Positions 33,084 through 45,556 of a DNA stretch of 64,000 bases are shown piece after piece. The first letter of the stretch is position 1, and every line of letters starts with the position of its first letter. Below the pieces are notes generated by a model. The model saw only the letters and a program-made list of their open reading frames with translations. It was not told where the DNA came from and did no database searches. A program made the translations under genes and the position numbers. The stretch covers positions 128,001 through 192,000 of the forward strand of contig CAWHCF010000049.1 in NCBI GenBank assembly GCA_963827655.1, written 5' to 3'. The DNA comes from an uncultured Acidobacteriota bacterium. Lineage in GTDB: Bacteria; Acidobacteriota; UBA6911.

Positions 33084-34390
33084 CTATCCTGCGGAAAGAG
33101 ACCCGAGGAAATCGGCGTTCGACTTGCTTTTCGACAGGCGCTCCAGGAGGAGTTCCATGCTCTCCGTCACCGAAAGCGACATTGAGAACCTTGCGCAGGA
33201 CCCAGATCCGATTCAAGTCTGCGGCGGGAAGAAGAAGCTCTTCTTTCCGAGTTCCCGACTTGTTGATATCGATGGCGGGAAAGACCCGCCGGTCGACCAG
33301 TTTTCGATCGAGGTGAAGCTCCATGTTGCCGGTGCCCTTGAATTCTTCGAAGATCACATCGTCCATCCGGCTGCCGGTATCGATCGAGCGAAGTGGCAAT
33401 GATGGTCAGGCTCCCTCCCTCCTCGATGTTGCGCGCGGCTCCGAAGAATCGCTTGGGGCGCTGAAGCGCGTTGCTGTCCACGCCGCCTGAAAGAACCTTT
33501 CCGCTCGGGGGGACGATCGTATTGTAGGCGCGAGCCAGCCGCGTGATGCTGTCCAGCAGGATCACCATGTCGCGCTTGTGTTCCACGAATCTCTTGGCTT
33601 TTTCCAACACCATTTCAGCCACCTGAACGTGCCGGGCTGCGGGCTCATCAAATGTGGAACTGATCACCTCGCCCTTGACGGAACGCTGCATATCGGTCAC
33701 TTCCTCGGGTCGCTCATCGATCAGCAGAACGATCAGGTAGACCTCCGGGTGATTCCTGGAGATTGAATTCGCAATGGACTGCAGCAGCATGGTCTTGCCA
33801 GTTCGGGGCGGTGATACGATCAGACCGCGTTGTCCTTTGCCGATGGGGGCCAGCATGTCCATCACCCTGCCGGAAAGGTTGTCGCCGCTGGTCTCGAGCT
33901 TCAGGGCCTGATTGGGGTACAACGGGGTCAGGTTATCGAAGAAGACCTTGTCCTTGGCGGCATCCGGATGTTCGAAGTTGACCGCCTCCACCTTGATCAG
34001 GGCAAAGTAACGCTCGCCGTCCTTGGGTGGACGGATCTGGCCGGAAATGGTGTCACCCGTACGCAGATCGAACTTTCGGATCTGTGAAGGCGAAACATAG
34101 ATGTCATCCGGTCCGGGGAGATAGTTATAATCCGGGGCCCTCAGGAAGCCGAAACCCTCGGGAAGGCATTCCAGTACTCCCTCCGAAAAGATCAGACCGC
34201 TCTGCTCGGTTTGCGCCTTTAGAATCTGGAAGATCAGCTCCTGCTTGCGCATCCCGGTATATCCGGGAACGTTCAGGTCCTTGGCGATCTGCGTCAGCGC
34301 TGAAATGTTCATTTCCTTCAGATCCCGGATGTTTAAATGGCCGTTTTCCCGGCCCGCTGTATTTCGACGTTGTTGCATTGTTTCAGACAT
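33084..34390 (-). CDS. rho: Transcription termination factor Rho (frameshifts near 33390 and 33180)
   Basis: [36 protein letters not shown]. The corrected C-terminus is [18 protein letters not shown]. Confidence 0.95.
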
Positions 34391-34451
34391 ATCAACCCTC
34401 CAAAGGGGAGACCAAAAAAATAGGTTAGAGGTTAGGGGAATTCTCTAGGGG

Positions 34452-35033
34452 TTAGTTTCTGTGAGTGACTTCATCCACGCGCTGCCAGATTTCTTGGCAG
34501 CCTAAACCAGACACCGCGGACCACAGGACCACCGACGTGTCCCGAAACGCGGCGGAGATAGCGCGGTGCTGGACGCCTTTTTCATTTCCCGACAACTTAT
34601 CAGCCTTCGTTGCCACAATCATGTGAGGAATTTCCAGGTGGTCCAGCCATCCAGCCAGCGCGAAATCAAGCGGGGTGGGGAGCATCCTGGCGTCCACCAG
34701 GTGCAATGCCAACGCAATAGCCGAGCGTTCACGAAAGTATTTTTCAACCAGTTTTTTCCACTGCTGGCTGGCTGATTTCCCGGCCTTCGCATAGCCGTAC
34801 CCGGGCAAATCAACCAGGAAAAACGAGCCATTAATCCGATAGAAGTTAATACTCTGGGTCTTTCCCGGAGTCGAACTAGTTCGGGCGAGGTTTTTTTGCC
34901 CCACCAGCCTGTTTATCAGGCTAGATTTCCCTACGTTGGAACGACCGGCCAGGGCGATTTCAGGAATTCCTTCACGCGGAAGATCTTGCCAGGCGACGGC
35001 GCTCACAACAAATTCAGCGCTACTTGTTTTCAC
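34452..35033 (-). CDS. engB: Ribosome biogenesis GTPase EngB/YihA
   Basis: GRSNVGKSS, STPGKT, DLPGYGY, TKADK. Confidence 0.95.
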   Translation of the reverse strand: MKTSSAEFVVSAVAWQDLPREGIPEIALAGRSNVGKSSLINRLVGQKNLARTSSTPGKTQSINFYRINGSFFLVDLPGYGYAKAGKSASQQWKKLVEKYFRERSAIALALHLVDARMLPTPLDFALAGWLDHLEIPHMIVATKADKLSGNEKGVQHRAISAAFRDTSVVLWSAVSGLGCQEIWQRVDEVTHRN

Positions 35034-35069
35034 AGGGAATTCATCGTGGGAGCCCTGGCGGTCAAGCTT

Positions 35070-37472
35070 TCAGTGGGCGATGTTCTCGCTTGGACGGTTG
35101 CCCTTGAGGTTGGAAATGGCATCCGATACTTGACCCTGTGGAACGGGTATCCTCTCCAGGGCCACCTGCAGCACTTCATCCATCGTTTCCACGAGGTCGA
35201 TTTTCAATGATGCCAGGACATCCGTCGGAATGTCCTGGAGATCCTTTTCGTTCTCCTTGGGCAGAATGACATTCTTAATACCGGCGCGGTGGGCCGCCAG
35301 CAGTTTTTCCTTAACACCTCCGATGGGCAGTACCTTCCCCCGTAAGGTGATCTCGCCGGTCATGGCAACATCTTTGCGGACGGGTATCTTGGTCAAGGCC
35401 GATACGATGGTGGTGGCCAAGGTGATTCCGGCCGAAGGCCCGTCTTTGGGAATGGCGCCTTCCGGGATATGTATATGGAGATCCATCTTCCGGTGGAAAT
35501 CGCGCCCGATTCCATAAGAAGCGGCCCGGCTGCGCACATAGGACATGGCCGCCCGGGCTGATTCCTGCATAACCTCGCCGAGTTTGCCGGTCATCGTGAG
35601 CTGCCCTTTACCCTCCATCAGGGTGGCCTCGGTCAGGAGAACTTCGCCGCCCACCTCGGTCCAGGCCAAGCCGGTAGCGAGCCCCACCTGGTTGCTCTCA
35701 CTGAGACCCGTCTGTCTGAACTTCGGTTTACCCAGGAGCGCCCCAACCACCTCCGGGTTCACCTCGGCATGGTTGGCTTCGGCAATAACGATCTTCTTGA
35801 CGGTCTTGCGGCAGATGTTGGCGATCTCCCTCTCCAGGTTACGAACTCCAGACTCGCGAGTGTATTTTCGAATCAGTTCGAAAAGGGCGTCGTCGTTGAA
35901 CTGAAGCTGATCCGATCGCAACCCGTTGGCTTCCAGCTGCTTCTTTACCAAAAAGCGCTTGGCAATCTCGAGTTTCTCCAGCTCCGTGTATCCTGAGAGC
36001 TGGAGTACCTCCATGCGGTCTTGCAAAGGCCGCGGAACCGTGTGCAGCACGTTGGCCGTCGCAATGAACATCACCATCGACAGATCGAACTCGGTGTCGA
36101 GATAATGATCGACGAACATGTGGTTCTGTTCGGGGTCGAGCACTTCCAGGAGCGCAGCCGAGGGATCACCTCGAAAGTCCATGCTCATTTTATCCACTTC
36201 GTCGAGCATGAAGACGGGATTCCTGGTCCCGGACTTCTTCATCATCTGGATGATCTGGCCGGGAAGAGCGCCGATATAGGTCCGGCGGTGCCCGCGTATT
36301 TCGGCTTCGTCTCTCACGCCCCCGAGCGAGAGGCGCACAAATTTCCTTCCGGTCGCGCGCGCAATGGATTTGCCCAGCGAGGTCTTTCCCACGCCTGGAG
36401 GTCCGACAAAGCACAGGATGGTCCCCTGGGGTTTTCTTACCAGACTGCGAACCGCGAGAAACTCGATGATGCGCTCTTTGATCTTTTCGAGTCCGTAATG
36501 ATCCTCTTCCAGGACTTTCATGGACCAACGCATGTCGCGGATTTCGCGCGACTTCTTTTGCCATGGCATGGCCAGCAGCCAATCCAGGTAAGTCCGTGAG
36601 ACTGTCGACTCGGCCGACATGGGGGGCATCATCTCGAGGCGCTGAATCTCCTTCGTGGCTTTGTCGTAAGCGTCCTTCGGCATCTTGGCGGCCTCGACCT
36701 GGCGCTTGAGGTCGTCCAGCTCGCTCTTTTCGTCCTTGCGACCCAACTCCTTCTGGATCGCCTTCATCTTTTCGTTCAGGTAGTATTCCTTCTGCGCCCG
36801 TTCCATCTGGCGCTTCACGCGCCCTTGAATGTTGCGGTCGACCTTGATCTTTTCGATTTCGACTTCAATGATCTCGTTGATCTTCTCGATCCGCTCCGCG
36901 AGATCCGGCATCTCCAGCAATTGCTGTTTTTCTTCGATGCCGACCGGCAGGTTCGCGCAGATATTGTCCGCCAGCTTCGAAGGCTCCAGCGTCTTCATCG
37001 CGTTCAGGATGGCATCGTAGTTTACGTGATGACTGAGCTTTGAAAACTGCTCGAAGACCGACTGCAGCCGCTTGATCAAGAGATTGGTCTTGGCGCTGGC
37101 GAGGGAAGACTCCTCCAGGTATTCGACGTCAGCTACGAAGAAGCCTTCTTCACCTAGAAAGCGAATAGCCTTGGCCCGCTGAATTCCCTCTACCAGGACT
37201 TTGATGTTGCCGTCGGAAAGCTTGACGCTCTGGACGACGTTGGCGGCGGTCCCGACGTGATAAATGTCTTTGGCCTTGGGCTCGTCGACCGAAGCATCCA
37301 TCTGTGTTGCGAGGAATATCCGCTTGGAGCCCTCCAGCGCAAACTCCAGGGCGCGAACCGAAGAGGGACGCCCGATAACGAAAGGTATCATCATGTGCGG
37401 GAACACCACCACGTCCCGGATCGGGATCATGGGCAGGCGTTCCACTTTTCTAACGGATTCGTCGTTCGTCAT
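35070..37472 (-). CDS. lon: Lon protease
   Basis: GPPGVGKTS and PKDGPSAG, 800 aa. Confidence 0.97.
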   Translation of the reverse strand: MTNDESVRKVERLPMIPIRDVVVFPHMMIPFVIGRPSSVRALEFALEGSKRIFLATQMDASVDEPKAKDIYHVGTAANVVQSVKLSDGNIKVLVEGIQRAKAIRFLGEEGFFVADVEYLEESSLASAKTNLLIKRLQSVFEQFSKLSHHVNYDAILNAMKTLEPSKLADNICANLPVGIEEKQQLLEMPDLAERIEKINEIIEVEIEKIKVDRNIQGRVKRQMERAQKEYYLNEKMKAIQKELGRKDEKSELDDLKRQVEAAKMPKDAYDKATKEIQRLEMMPPMSAESTVSRTYLDWLLAMPWQKKSREIRDMRWSMKVLEEDHYGLEKIKERIIEFLAVRSLVRKPQGTILCFVGPPGVGKTSLGKSIARATGRKFVRLSLGGVRDEAEIRGHRRTYIGALPGQIIQMMKKSGTRNPVFMLDEVDKMSMDFRGDPSAALLEVLDPEQNHMFVDHYLDTEFDLSMVMFIATANVLHTVPRPLQDRMEVLQLSGYTELEKLEIAKRFLVKKQLEANGLRSDQLQFNDDALFELIRKYTRESGVRNLEREIANICRKTVKKIVIAEANHAEVNPEVVGALLGKPKFRQTGLSESNQVGLATGLAWTEVGGEVLLTEATLMEGKGQLTMTGKLGEVMQESARAAMSYVRSRAASYGIGRDFHRKMDLHIHIPEGAIPKDGPSAGITLATTIVSALTKIPVRKDVAMTGEITLRGKVLPIGGVKEKLLAAHRAGIKNVILPKENEKDLQDIPTDVLASLKIDLVETMDEVLQVALERIPVPQGQVSDAISNLKGNRPSENIAH

Positions 37473-37484
37473 CTTTTCCTTTTG

Positions 37485-38727
37485 TTAACCAGCCTTCTCC
37501 AGTAGAGCAAACACAATGTCTTTGTTGTCAACCATCTCCCGCGTAATAACAAACTCCTTCACTTTTTTCTGCGAAGGGAGCTGATACATGACGTCCAACA
37601 TAAGATCCTCAAGAATGATCTTCAACCCCCGCGCCCCCATCTTCCGTTCAAGTGCCAGGTGAGCCACCGCGCCGACCGCGTCGTCGGTGAATTTCAGTTT
37701 GACGTTTTCAAACTCGAAAAGTTTCTGGTATTGACGTATCAGCGCGTTTTTGGGCTTGGTCAAGATCTCAACCAGAGCCAGCTCATCGAGTTCCGACAGA
37801 GAGCCGATGACCGGCAGACGTCCGACAAATTCCGGAATCAAACCGAATTTGATGAGGTCACGCGGCTGGGTAAGCTCAAGTGCGTTCGAAGTTGCCGCGC
37901 TTTTCGCCTTCTTCCCGTCTTTCTCGCTGGCTATGAAACCGAGGCGTCTTCTTGCCCACGCGGCGCTCGATGATTTTCTCGAGACCCACGAAGGCGCCGC
38001 CGCATAAGAATAGTATGTTGGTCGTGTCTATCTGGATGAACTCCTGATGTGGATGCTTGCGCCCTCCTTGCGGCGGGACGTTCGCTATGGTTCCCTCCAG
38101 GATTTTCAGCAATGCCTGCTGGACTCCCTCCCCTGACACGTCACGGGTAATCGACGGATTTTCGTCCTTGCGGGCAATCTTGTCGATCTCGTCGATATAC
38201 ACGATTCCCTGCTGGCATTTTTCCTTGTCACCCCCGGCGTTCTGAAGCAGCTTGAGGATGATGTTCTCCACGTCTTCGCCGACGTAGCCTGCTTCTGTGA
38301 GGGTCGTGGCATCGACGATGGCGAACGGAACTGAAAGCATCTTAGCCAGAGTCTGGGCCAGCAGGGTTTTTCCGGTTCCGGTCGGTCCGATGAGCAGGAC
38401 ATTGCTCTTCTGCAACTCGAGATCGCTTCTTTTTTTGGTGATCTCGAGCCGCTTGTAGTGGTTGTACACCGCGACGGCGAGCTTCTTCTTGGTCGTCTCC
38501 TGTCCGATGACGTAAAGATCCAGGAATTCCTTGATCTCCTGGGGTTTGGGGAGCTTCTCTCCGATCGGTGAAGTAACGACATCATCCGCGATGATCTCGT
38601 TACATACGTCGACGCACTCGTCGCATATATAGACCGTCGGTCCTGCGATTAGCTTCTTGACGTCGTTCTGGCTCTTGGAGCAGAACGAACATCTCAGAAT
38701 ATCATCGCGCTCGTCGTCCTTTCTCAA
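37485..38727 (-). CDS. clpX: ClpX ATPase (frameshift near 37944)
   Basis: CSFC..CDEC zinc finger, [17 protein letters not shown]. Confidence 0.96.
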
Positions 38728-38755
38728 CGAAACCCCCTCCCAAGGGTTGAAGCCG

Positions 38756-39343
38756 CTATTCTTTCTTTGTGATCACCTGGTCTACGATACCGTACTCTCT
38801 GGCCTGGTCCGCGGTCATGATGTAGTCCCGCTCGACATCATTCTTGATTCTTTCGAACGTCTGCGCGGTGTGGTACGCGAGTATTTTATTCATGGCCTCG
38901 CGCAGCCTCAAGATTTCCCGGGCGTGAATATCGATGTCGGTTGCCTGGCCAGAAAGCCCGCTCATAGAGGGCTGGTGTATCAAGATTCTGGAATTCGGAA
39001 GAGCGAATCGCTTGCCGGGTGCTCCCGCCGACAGAAGAAGAGCACCCATACTGGCTGCCTGACCGATGCAGATTGTGGTCACGTCCGGGCGGATGAACTG
39101 CATGGTGTCATAGATTGCCATGCCGGCGGAAATTGAGCCGCCCGGAGAATTAATATAAAGAGAGATGTCCTTGTCCGGGTCCTCCGCCTCCAGGAACAAT
39201 AGCTGGGCCGTGACGACGTTGGCGACATTGTCATCGATGGGAGTCCCAAGGAAGATGATATTGTCCTTCAGGAGACGAGAGTAAATATCGTACGCACGTT
39301 CGCCTCGATTGGTTTGCTCGACCACCATCGGTATCAATGCCAC
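38756..39343 (-). CDS. clpP: ClpP protease
   Basis: [25 protein letters not shown]. Confidence 0.97.
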   Translation of the reverse strand: MALIPMVVEQTNRGERAYDIYSRLLKDNIIFLGTPIDDNVANVVTAQLLFLEAEDPDKDISLYINSPGGSISAGMAIYDTMQFIRPDVTTICIGQAASMGALLLSAGAPGKRFALPNSRILIHQPSMSGLSGQATDIDIHAREILRLREAMNKILAYHTAQTFERIKNDVERDYIMTADQAREYGIVDQVITKKE

Positions 39344-39349
39344 AGCGTT

Positions 39350-40633
39350 TCACCTTTGCGTAATATTAGCATTGCGAAAGATGAAATCAAGCGCCTTCTT
39401 CCGCAGCAGATGCTCCTTAAAGCCCTGAATTCGCTTGTCCTTTTCGAGTTGGGCCCGAAGGGCTGCCGAAGACTTCTTGGTGGCTTCGGCGAGTGCCTGG
39501 AGCTCATGTTCGAGCTCATCTTCCGTCACTTGAAGGTTCTCCCGGCGGGCCACGGCGTCCAGGACGAGCGCTCTTCTGACGGCCTGCTCTGCCTGAGGAC
39601 GCTCTTGTTCAAAGATCTTGCTCCAGTCGATCGAGGCTCGGTTGACGTCGATTCCTTGCCGGGCCAGCGTGGCGGCAATGCGGCGCAGATGATCTTCGAG
39701 TTCCTCGCGGATCAGGCTATCGGGAATATCGAAAGAGTGGCTCCGCACGACTTGATCCACCACTGCTTCCCTGGCCTGGTTTTCGGCATTCACAACCGCC
39801 TTTGCCATCAAGTCGTCCCTCACCTTTTCCCGAAGCTCCTGCAGGTTCTCGGCTGCGCCAGAATCCTTGGCAAAGTCGTCGTTTAAGTCGGGAAGCTGCT
39901 TGTCTTTGATATCCTTGACCTGGACCGCGTAGCGTACGCGCTTTCCGGCAAACCGCTTGCGATGATATTCCACCGGGTAATGGATATCGAAGGAGCGCGT
40001 CTCTCCGGATCTGGCCCCTATCAGGTTTTCTGAGAAGGTCTCGTTAGTCTGGGGATCGCCCACGACACAGGAGACATCGTCCTCGTGAAAGGGCTTACCT
40101 TCCCCTTCGAAGGTCCCATCCACTGTAAGGGTCACAAGATGCCCTTTGCGAACCTCTCCCTCTTCGACGGGAACGAACTCGGCGAACTGTTCTCGCCGGC
40201 CTTCAAGGGCACGGTCCACGTCGGCTTCCTCGACGACGGGTGGCGCTGCCGTCATCGAGACTCCCTTGTAGTCATGGAGCTCCAGCTCGGGAAGCACCTC
40301 AAACGAAAGCTTGAATTTCAGCGGATTTCCGGGGTTTGCCTCCAGAAGCTCAACCGCCGGCTTTGTAAGCGGGTGGAGGTCGTGTTTCGATACCGCCTCG
40401 TCCCACGAGCGGCTGATCAGATCCTGGGTGGCTTCGGTGCGGAGTTCATCGGCGAATCGCTGTTTGATGATGCTCAACGGTATTTTGCCCGGACGAAATC
40501 CCGGGACCTTCACGCGCCGGGCATACTCTCGTGCCAGCCTCTCGATTGCCTGATCGACCTGTTCTTGAGGGACTTCAACCAGAAGATCCTTCTTGCAGCC
40601 GCTGACATCGACAATTTCGACGGTCAATTTCAA
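39350..40633 (-). CDS. tig: Trigger factor
   Basis: PGFRPGK motif and position upstream of clpP. Confidence 0.93.
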   Translation of the reverse strand: MKLTVEIVDVSGCKKDLLVEVPQEQVDQAIERLAREYARRVKVPGFRPGKIPLSIIKQRFADELRTEATQDLISRSWDEAVSKHDLHPLTKPAVELLEANPGNPLKFKLSFEVLPELELHDYKGVSMTAAPPVVEEADVDRALEGRREQFAEFVPVEEGEVRKGHLVTLTVDGTFEGEGKPFHEDDVSCVVGDPQTNETFSENLIGARSGETRSFDIHYPVEYHRKRFAGKRVRYAVQVKDIKDKQLPDLNDDFAKDSGAAENLQELREKVRDDLMAKAVVNAENQAREAVVDQVVRSHSFDIPDSLIREELEDHLRRIAATLARQGIDVNRASIDWSKIFEQERPQAEQAVRRALVLDAVARRENLQVTEDELEHELQALAEATKKSSAALRAQLEKDKRIQGFKEHLLRKKALDFIFRNANITQR

Positions 40634-40742
40634 TTACCTTTTTTTAAACTCGCTTCCTTCGCCAAGGGCTCAAAAGCTCGGGAAAATGTCAAAACGATCA
40701 GTGGTTTATGCTCCCGGGCGGGAGAGCCGCAGAGTGCTGAAA

Positions 40743-40827
40743 TGGTGCGAAAGGGGGGAGTTGAACCCCCACCCCTTGCGGGACTGGATCCTAAGTCCAG
40801 CGCGTCTGCCAGTTCCGCCACTTTCGC
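40743..40827 (-). tRNA. tRNA-Leu (anticodon UAG)
   Basis: Reverse complement is GCGAAAGTGGCGGAACTGGCAGACGCGCTGGACTTAGGATCCAG...GGTTCAACTCCCCCCTTTCGCACCA, with a long variable arm and encoded CCA. Confidence 0.96.
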
Positions 40828-41070
40828 ATCTGTGGTGAATCCGGTAATAGGCACCTGATTAACCGAGAGATCCCGCGACGGCCGAATTGTTTGCGCACGC
40901 CTGATTCAGTACCCATCACCAAAATTACTCTGCCCAAATTCGATTGTTCCGGAGGTGTCCGCCAGTGACGAACAGCCGGTGAGGCGGGGACGCAATCGCC
41001 AAAGCGAAGATGTGTCACGGACCGCAACACAGCCTCGAAATCTAACAAAGACCTCACGCCAAGTCAATTC

Positions 41071-41146
41071 AATTGACGATTTACGATTGACGATTGACGA
41101 TTATCTTTCGTTGTGACTCCCAATCGTCAATCGTAAATCGTCAATT
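41071..41146. repeat. Heptamer palindromic element, family A, perfect 26-bp inverted repeat
   Basis: 41071-41096 is the exact reverse complement of 41121-41146. Confidence 0.96.
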
Positions 41147-41206
41147 AATAAGTGACTTCAGGCTAAAAATAGTATCATTGGCTTCAATGCCGCCGGAGGA
41201 TTGGCG

Positions 41207-41533
41207 ATGAAGCTGGGCGTTATAGAATACATCGACTGTGCTCATTTCTTGCCGGGACATAGCCGGTGCGGTAACCTGCATGGCCATACTTACAAGGTCG
41301 AAATCATCATTGAAGGCGAAAACAAGGCTGGAATGGTTGTTGATTTTGCAGACTTAAGGCGATCTCTTAGAGAGACGCTGAAAATCTACGATCACAAGTC
41401 CCTTAACGACTTCCTCGAGTATCCCTCAGTCGAGAACATCTGCGAAATGATCAAGGGCAAGTTGAAGGACCCTATCCATTTTCCATTTACCCTTCGAGTG
41501 TGGGAGGGTGAAGGGAAGTGGGCCGAACTATAG
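41207..41533 (+). CDS. queD: 6-carboxytetrahydropterin synthase
   Basis: CAHFL, CGNLHGHTY, VVDFADL, PSVEN. Confidence 0.88.
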   Translation: MKLGVIEYIDCAHFLPGHSRCGNLHGHTYKVEIIIEGENKAGMVVDFADLRRSLRETLKIYDHKSLNDFLEYPSVENICEMIKGKLKDPIHFPFTLRVWEGEGKWAEL

Positions 41534-41534
41534 A

Positions 41535-41610
41535 GATTGACGATTGACGATTGACGATTGACGATTGAAAAACCAATTGGGGGAAATCGTCAATCGTCAA
41601 TCGTCAATCG
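41535..41610. repeat. Heptamer palindromic element, family A
   Basis: 4 units of TTGACGA at 41537-64, then 3 units of TCGTCAA. The last unit supplies the stop of the convergent gene. Confidence 0.95.
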
Positions 41611-42368
41611 GATGGGGGTGATGAACTTGCCGGGCGCCCTTCCGCGCCGGGATAAACCGTCGGGCTGAACAATAGCCGCGCCAGACGGCCATCGGACTGT
41701 GCAAGCTTTTCAGCCTCCACACCTGCTTTACCGGGATCGGCGGACCCGAACCACCCATATTCTCGATCCAGAGCGGCCGCCAGTTCTTTCAATTGGTTCG
41801 GCTCCATTGGCTTGCCGACCCGATCTTTGCTCTGCAGGGGACGTGCCACCATGTAACGCAGGAATTGTTCGAAGGCCTCCCGGACGCGGGCGGTCAGGGA
41901 ATCGAGCTGGGTCTGGTTCTCATAGCGAAATGGGATCAGCGTCGCCTTCGCTGGGATGAAGTCGACGCGAAAATCGAGCCCATTCTGACCGGGCGCAATG
42001 TCGCTCTGAGCCGCCCATCGCGCATTGACGCGGGCTGCGATGACGGCCGAGGTTTCCGGCGTAAGCGTTCGAGAACTGCCCAGCGTTTCCACGGTTGCTG
42101 GGAGAGTCTCCCATAGCGGCACCACGTCAAGGTCCTTCGCCTGTTCGAGCTCCTTGGCCATCATGATTGCGGCGCCGAGGGAAACCCAGCGCAGTTCGGC
42201 ATTGTCGGATGGGACGTTGACGGGGAGCAGGGCTATTCGAATCGGTTCTGCAGGATACGTAGGAGTCGAGGGTTTCTTTTTAAAGAGGCAACCCGGTTGA
42301 AGCAGAGTTGCCAGGACGGTCAACACAAGGATGACAGATGAACAGATTCGTGGCCTGTGACAAGTCAT
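41604..42368 (-). CDS. Hypothetical lipoprotein
   Basis: Hydrophobic stretch ending LLQPGC, then IRIALLP. The start is uncertain. Confidence 0.6.
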   Translation of the reverse strand: MTCHRPRICSSVILVLTVLATLLQPGCLFKKKPSTPTYPAEPIRIALLPVNVPSDNAELRWVSLGAAIMMAKELEQAKDLDVVPLWETLPATVETLGSSRTLTPETSAVIAARVNARWAAQSDIAPGQNGLDFRVDFIPAKATLIPFRYENQTQLDSLTARVREAFEQFLRYMVARPLQSKDRVGKPMEPNQLKELAAALDREYGWFGSADPGKAGVEAEKLAQSDGRLARLLFSPTVYPGAEGRPASSSPPSD

Positions 42369-42442
42369 CCTTGTTTCCTCAGCCTTTGGCACACAGTGCT
42401 CCATTTGCAGCTCGTCTCCTCTTTCTATTTCACGCGCGAGAT

Positions 42443-45347
42443 CTATTGTAGCGCCCCGGCCAGGACTTCGGCCAGATGGCGCGCCTTGCGACCGGTGGCA
42501 TGAAGTATCTGCTGGCGGCACGAGATCCCTGCGGCAACGATCTCCGCCTCAGGCGGTGCCTGACGCACTGCGGGAAAGAGCCGCATCTCGCCTATCCCGA
42601 GTGACAACCCGTAATGCTCCTTTTCATAGCCGAACGATCCTGCCATACCGCAACACCCTGAGTCGATCTCACTCACCTCGGAGCCGGGCGTCAGTCTCAG
42701 GAGTCGGAGGGAAGCTGCTGTTCCCACAAGGCTCTTCTGATGGCAATGGCCGTGGAGCAAGATAGGCCGGCGCTTCTGGGAAAAAGCGGGCTCCCATTGA
42801 CCGGTTTCCAGCCGTTGAACCAGGTATTGGTCCACAAGCAGGGCACTGCTAGCAAGCTTCTGTGCCTCTTCAGATGGCACCAGTGCCGGGTATTCGTCCC
42901 GCAGCGTCAACAAGCAGCTGGGCTCGCACCCCACGACTACGCAGCCGGATTCCAGCAGGGGAGCCAGTAGCGCGATATTCTTTCTCGCATTCTCCTTGGC
43001 CTGGTCGAGCAACCCCTTGGAGATTAACGGGCGGCCGCAGCATACGATCTCAGGAACACAAACTCGCGCACCGGCGCTTTCGAGTAATTTCAGGGCCGCG
43101 ATCCCAATCCAGGGTTCATTGTAGTTGGTGAATGTGTCATTGAAAAGGACGACATTCGGAGTTGAGCCCGGCTTGCAGGACGGAGGATTCTTGCGTAAAT
43201 GGCTTTGGAAAGTCACGCGCGCGAAGCGAGGAAGTTTGCGCAAGGGATGTATCCCCAAAGCGCTCTGCAGCGAGCTCCGAATGATCCGGGACTCGAGCAG
43301 CCAGTTCGATACCGGCGCAGTGGCCGAGCCAATACGGCTGAGAAGGGCGATGTTGCCGAAGACCCGAGCGCGCAGCGATGGACCGTGCCTGGCGTTGTAG
43401 TGAGCCAGGAACTCGTACTTGAGCTTTGCCAGGTCCACGTTGGCCGGGCACTCGGTCTTGCAGGCTTTGCATTCCAGGCACAGATCAAGAGCTTCAAACA
43501 TACGCGAATCGGTGTAATCGGCTTGCGGCAGGCGTCCCGAAAGAGCGGCGCGAAGCAGGTTGGCTCGTCCGCGGGTCGAGTGTTCTTCCTCGCGCGTCAC
43601 CATGTAGGAAGGACACATGGTTCCTGAACCTAGCTTGCGGCATGCCCCCATGCCGTTGCATTGCTCCACCGCCCTCGCCAATCCTCCTTCCTTCGTGAAA
43701 TCGAAGTAGGTTGGCAATTCGACGGTCGAGTACTCCGGACCGTAGCGCAGGTTCTCGGTCATCGGCGGCGACTCTACAATCTTGCCCGGATTCATGATCC
43801 CGGCCGGGTCGAATGCAGCCTTGAGTTGACAGAAGGATCCATAGAGCCTGTCCCCGAAGAGCTCGCGGTTCCAGTGGCTCCGCGCCAGCCCATCGCCGTG
43901 CTCGCCGCTCATGGCGCCCTTGAACTCGACGACCAGGTCCTTTACCGCGGCCGCGATATAAGCCATCTTCTGAACCTGAGAACCTTCCTTCAAGTTGAGC
44001 AGCGGACGAATATGAAGGCACCCTACCGACGCATGGCCGTAAAATCCGGCTCGCGTGCCGTGCCGCGCCAGGATTTGCTGGAATCGAGCCACGTATTGAC
44101 TCAGTTGGTCCGGTTCAACGGCTGTGTCTTCCACAAAGGCCAGGGGCTTGGAATCCCCACGGATGCTGGAGAGCAGTCCCAATCCGGCCTTGCGTATCGC
44201 CCAAACATTACCCTGGGCTTCGGGTGGTTACGGCTCGCACGTAAGCCGTACCCATTCCTCCCCGCTTCAGTCTCGACTCGAGCTGGTCCAGTTTTTCCTG
44301 CAGCTCACCAGGATTCTCGCCATAAAACTCGACGATCAGAATCGCCGCAGGATCACCTACGACGAAGGTCATTTTGGGAGCAAAGCCAGGCTGGAGCCGC
44401 GTCAGGTCTAGCAGCATCTTGTCCACCAATTCCACAGCCGCCGGCCCGAGTTTGAGGATTTCGTGCATGGCGTCCATGGCTGCCACCATGTCCGCGAAAT
44501 GAACCACACTTAGAGCGGTGAGCCTGGGAGAGGGCACCAGACCGACTACAGCCTCTGTGTAGGTGGCGAGTGTTCCTTCGGAACCGACGAGAGCATGGCA
44601 GAGATTCCTGCTCGCGCCGGTCACAAACCTGTCGAGGTTGTAACCTCCGACGCGACGCATCACCTTGGGGAAGCGAGTCATGATCTCGGGACCGCTTTCC
44701 CGCGCGATTCTATCCACGCTGCGATAGACCATCGCTTCGAGGTTGTCCCTGGAGGCTTTGCGCTCCCATTCGATGGGGGTCAGCTCAGAGAACCGGCATG
44801 CGTCGCTGTTTGAGAGAAGCACTCGCATCTCTCGCACGTGATCGATAGTCTTGCCATACAGGATCGAATGCGAGCCGCAGGAGTTGTTTCCCATCATCCC
44901 GCCCAGGGTCGCGCGGTTGCTCGTGGAGACATCCGGGCCAAACCGCCAGCCTCTCGGGCGCAGATGGGCATTGAGCTGATCCAGGACAACTCCGGGTTGA
45001 ACTCGCGCCCAATGCTCTTCGATGTTCACTTCGAGGATACGGTTCATGTACTTTGAATAGTCGAGCACCAGAGCTGCGCCGACGGTCTGCCCCGCGAGAC
45101 TGGTCCCGCCACCCCGGGGTAGTAAAGGCAGACGGTGTCGGCCGGCGAGAGCCACCGCTGCCGCCACATCGTCGTGCGACCGCGGGACAAGCACGCCGAG
45201 CGGCTCCACCTGATAGATGCTCGCATCGGTGCTGTAAAGTAGTCGAGAAAAACGGTCCAGGCGAATCTCGCCGGAGAAAGAGCGGCGGAGTTCTTCGGAA
45301 AAATCGCGAAGCGGCTCGTCGGATGAGACTCCAGATACGCTTTTCAT
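42443..45347 (-). CDS. FAD-binding and (Fe-S)-binding oxidoreductase (GlcD/GlpC fusion; frameshift near 44215)
   Basis: YSTDASIY, PRGGGTSLAGQ, GEHGDG, CNGMGAC, CLECKACKTEC and CCG domains. Confidence 0.88.
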
Positions 45348-45409
45348 CCGGCTCACTATACAACAATTACTTTCGTCCCCGTTAAGATGCTTCGCGCCTC
45401 TTGGGACCT

Positions 45410-45519
45410 TTCGTTCGGGGCGAAGTCCCCGAACGAACCTTAGTGTCTTCGAGTCTTCGTGGTTAGTGCGGCGGAACAAAAACCAACCTCCAAGACACGA
45501 AGACTCGAAGAAACGCAAG
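45410..45519. repeat. REP-like hairpin plus two divergent family E repeats
   Basis: TTCGTTCGGGG-CGAAGT-CCCCGAACGAA at 45410-37. E copies at 45439-64 (-) and 45485-519 (+). Confidence 0.85.
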
Positions 45520-45556
45520 GAACCTATCGAAGAAGAAGATACCAAAAGGAGGGTTC

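Noticed and set aside
34422-34455. AGGTTAG x2 as another heptamer family
   Set aside because: Only two adjacent copies and no clear inverted arm.
40828-41070. Integrative element at tRNA-Leu
   Set aside because: No integrase and no duplicated tRNA 3' end. The tRNA 3' side runs directly into tig.
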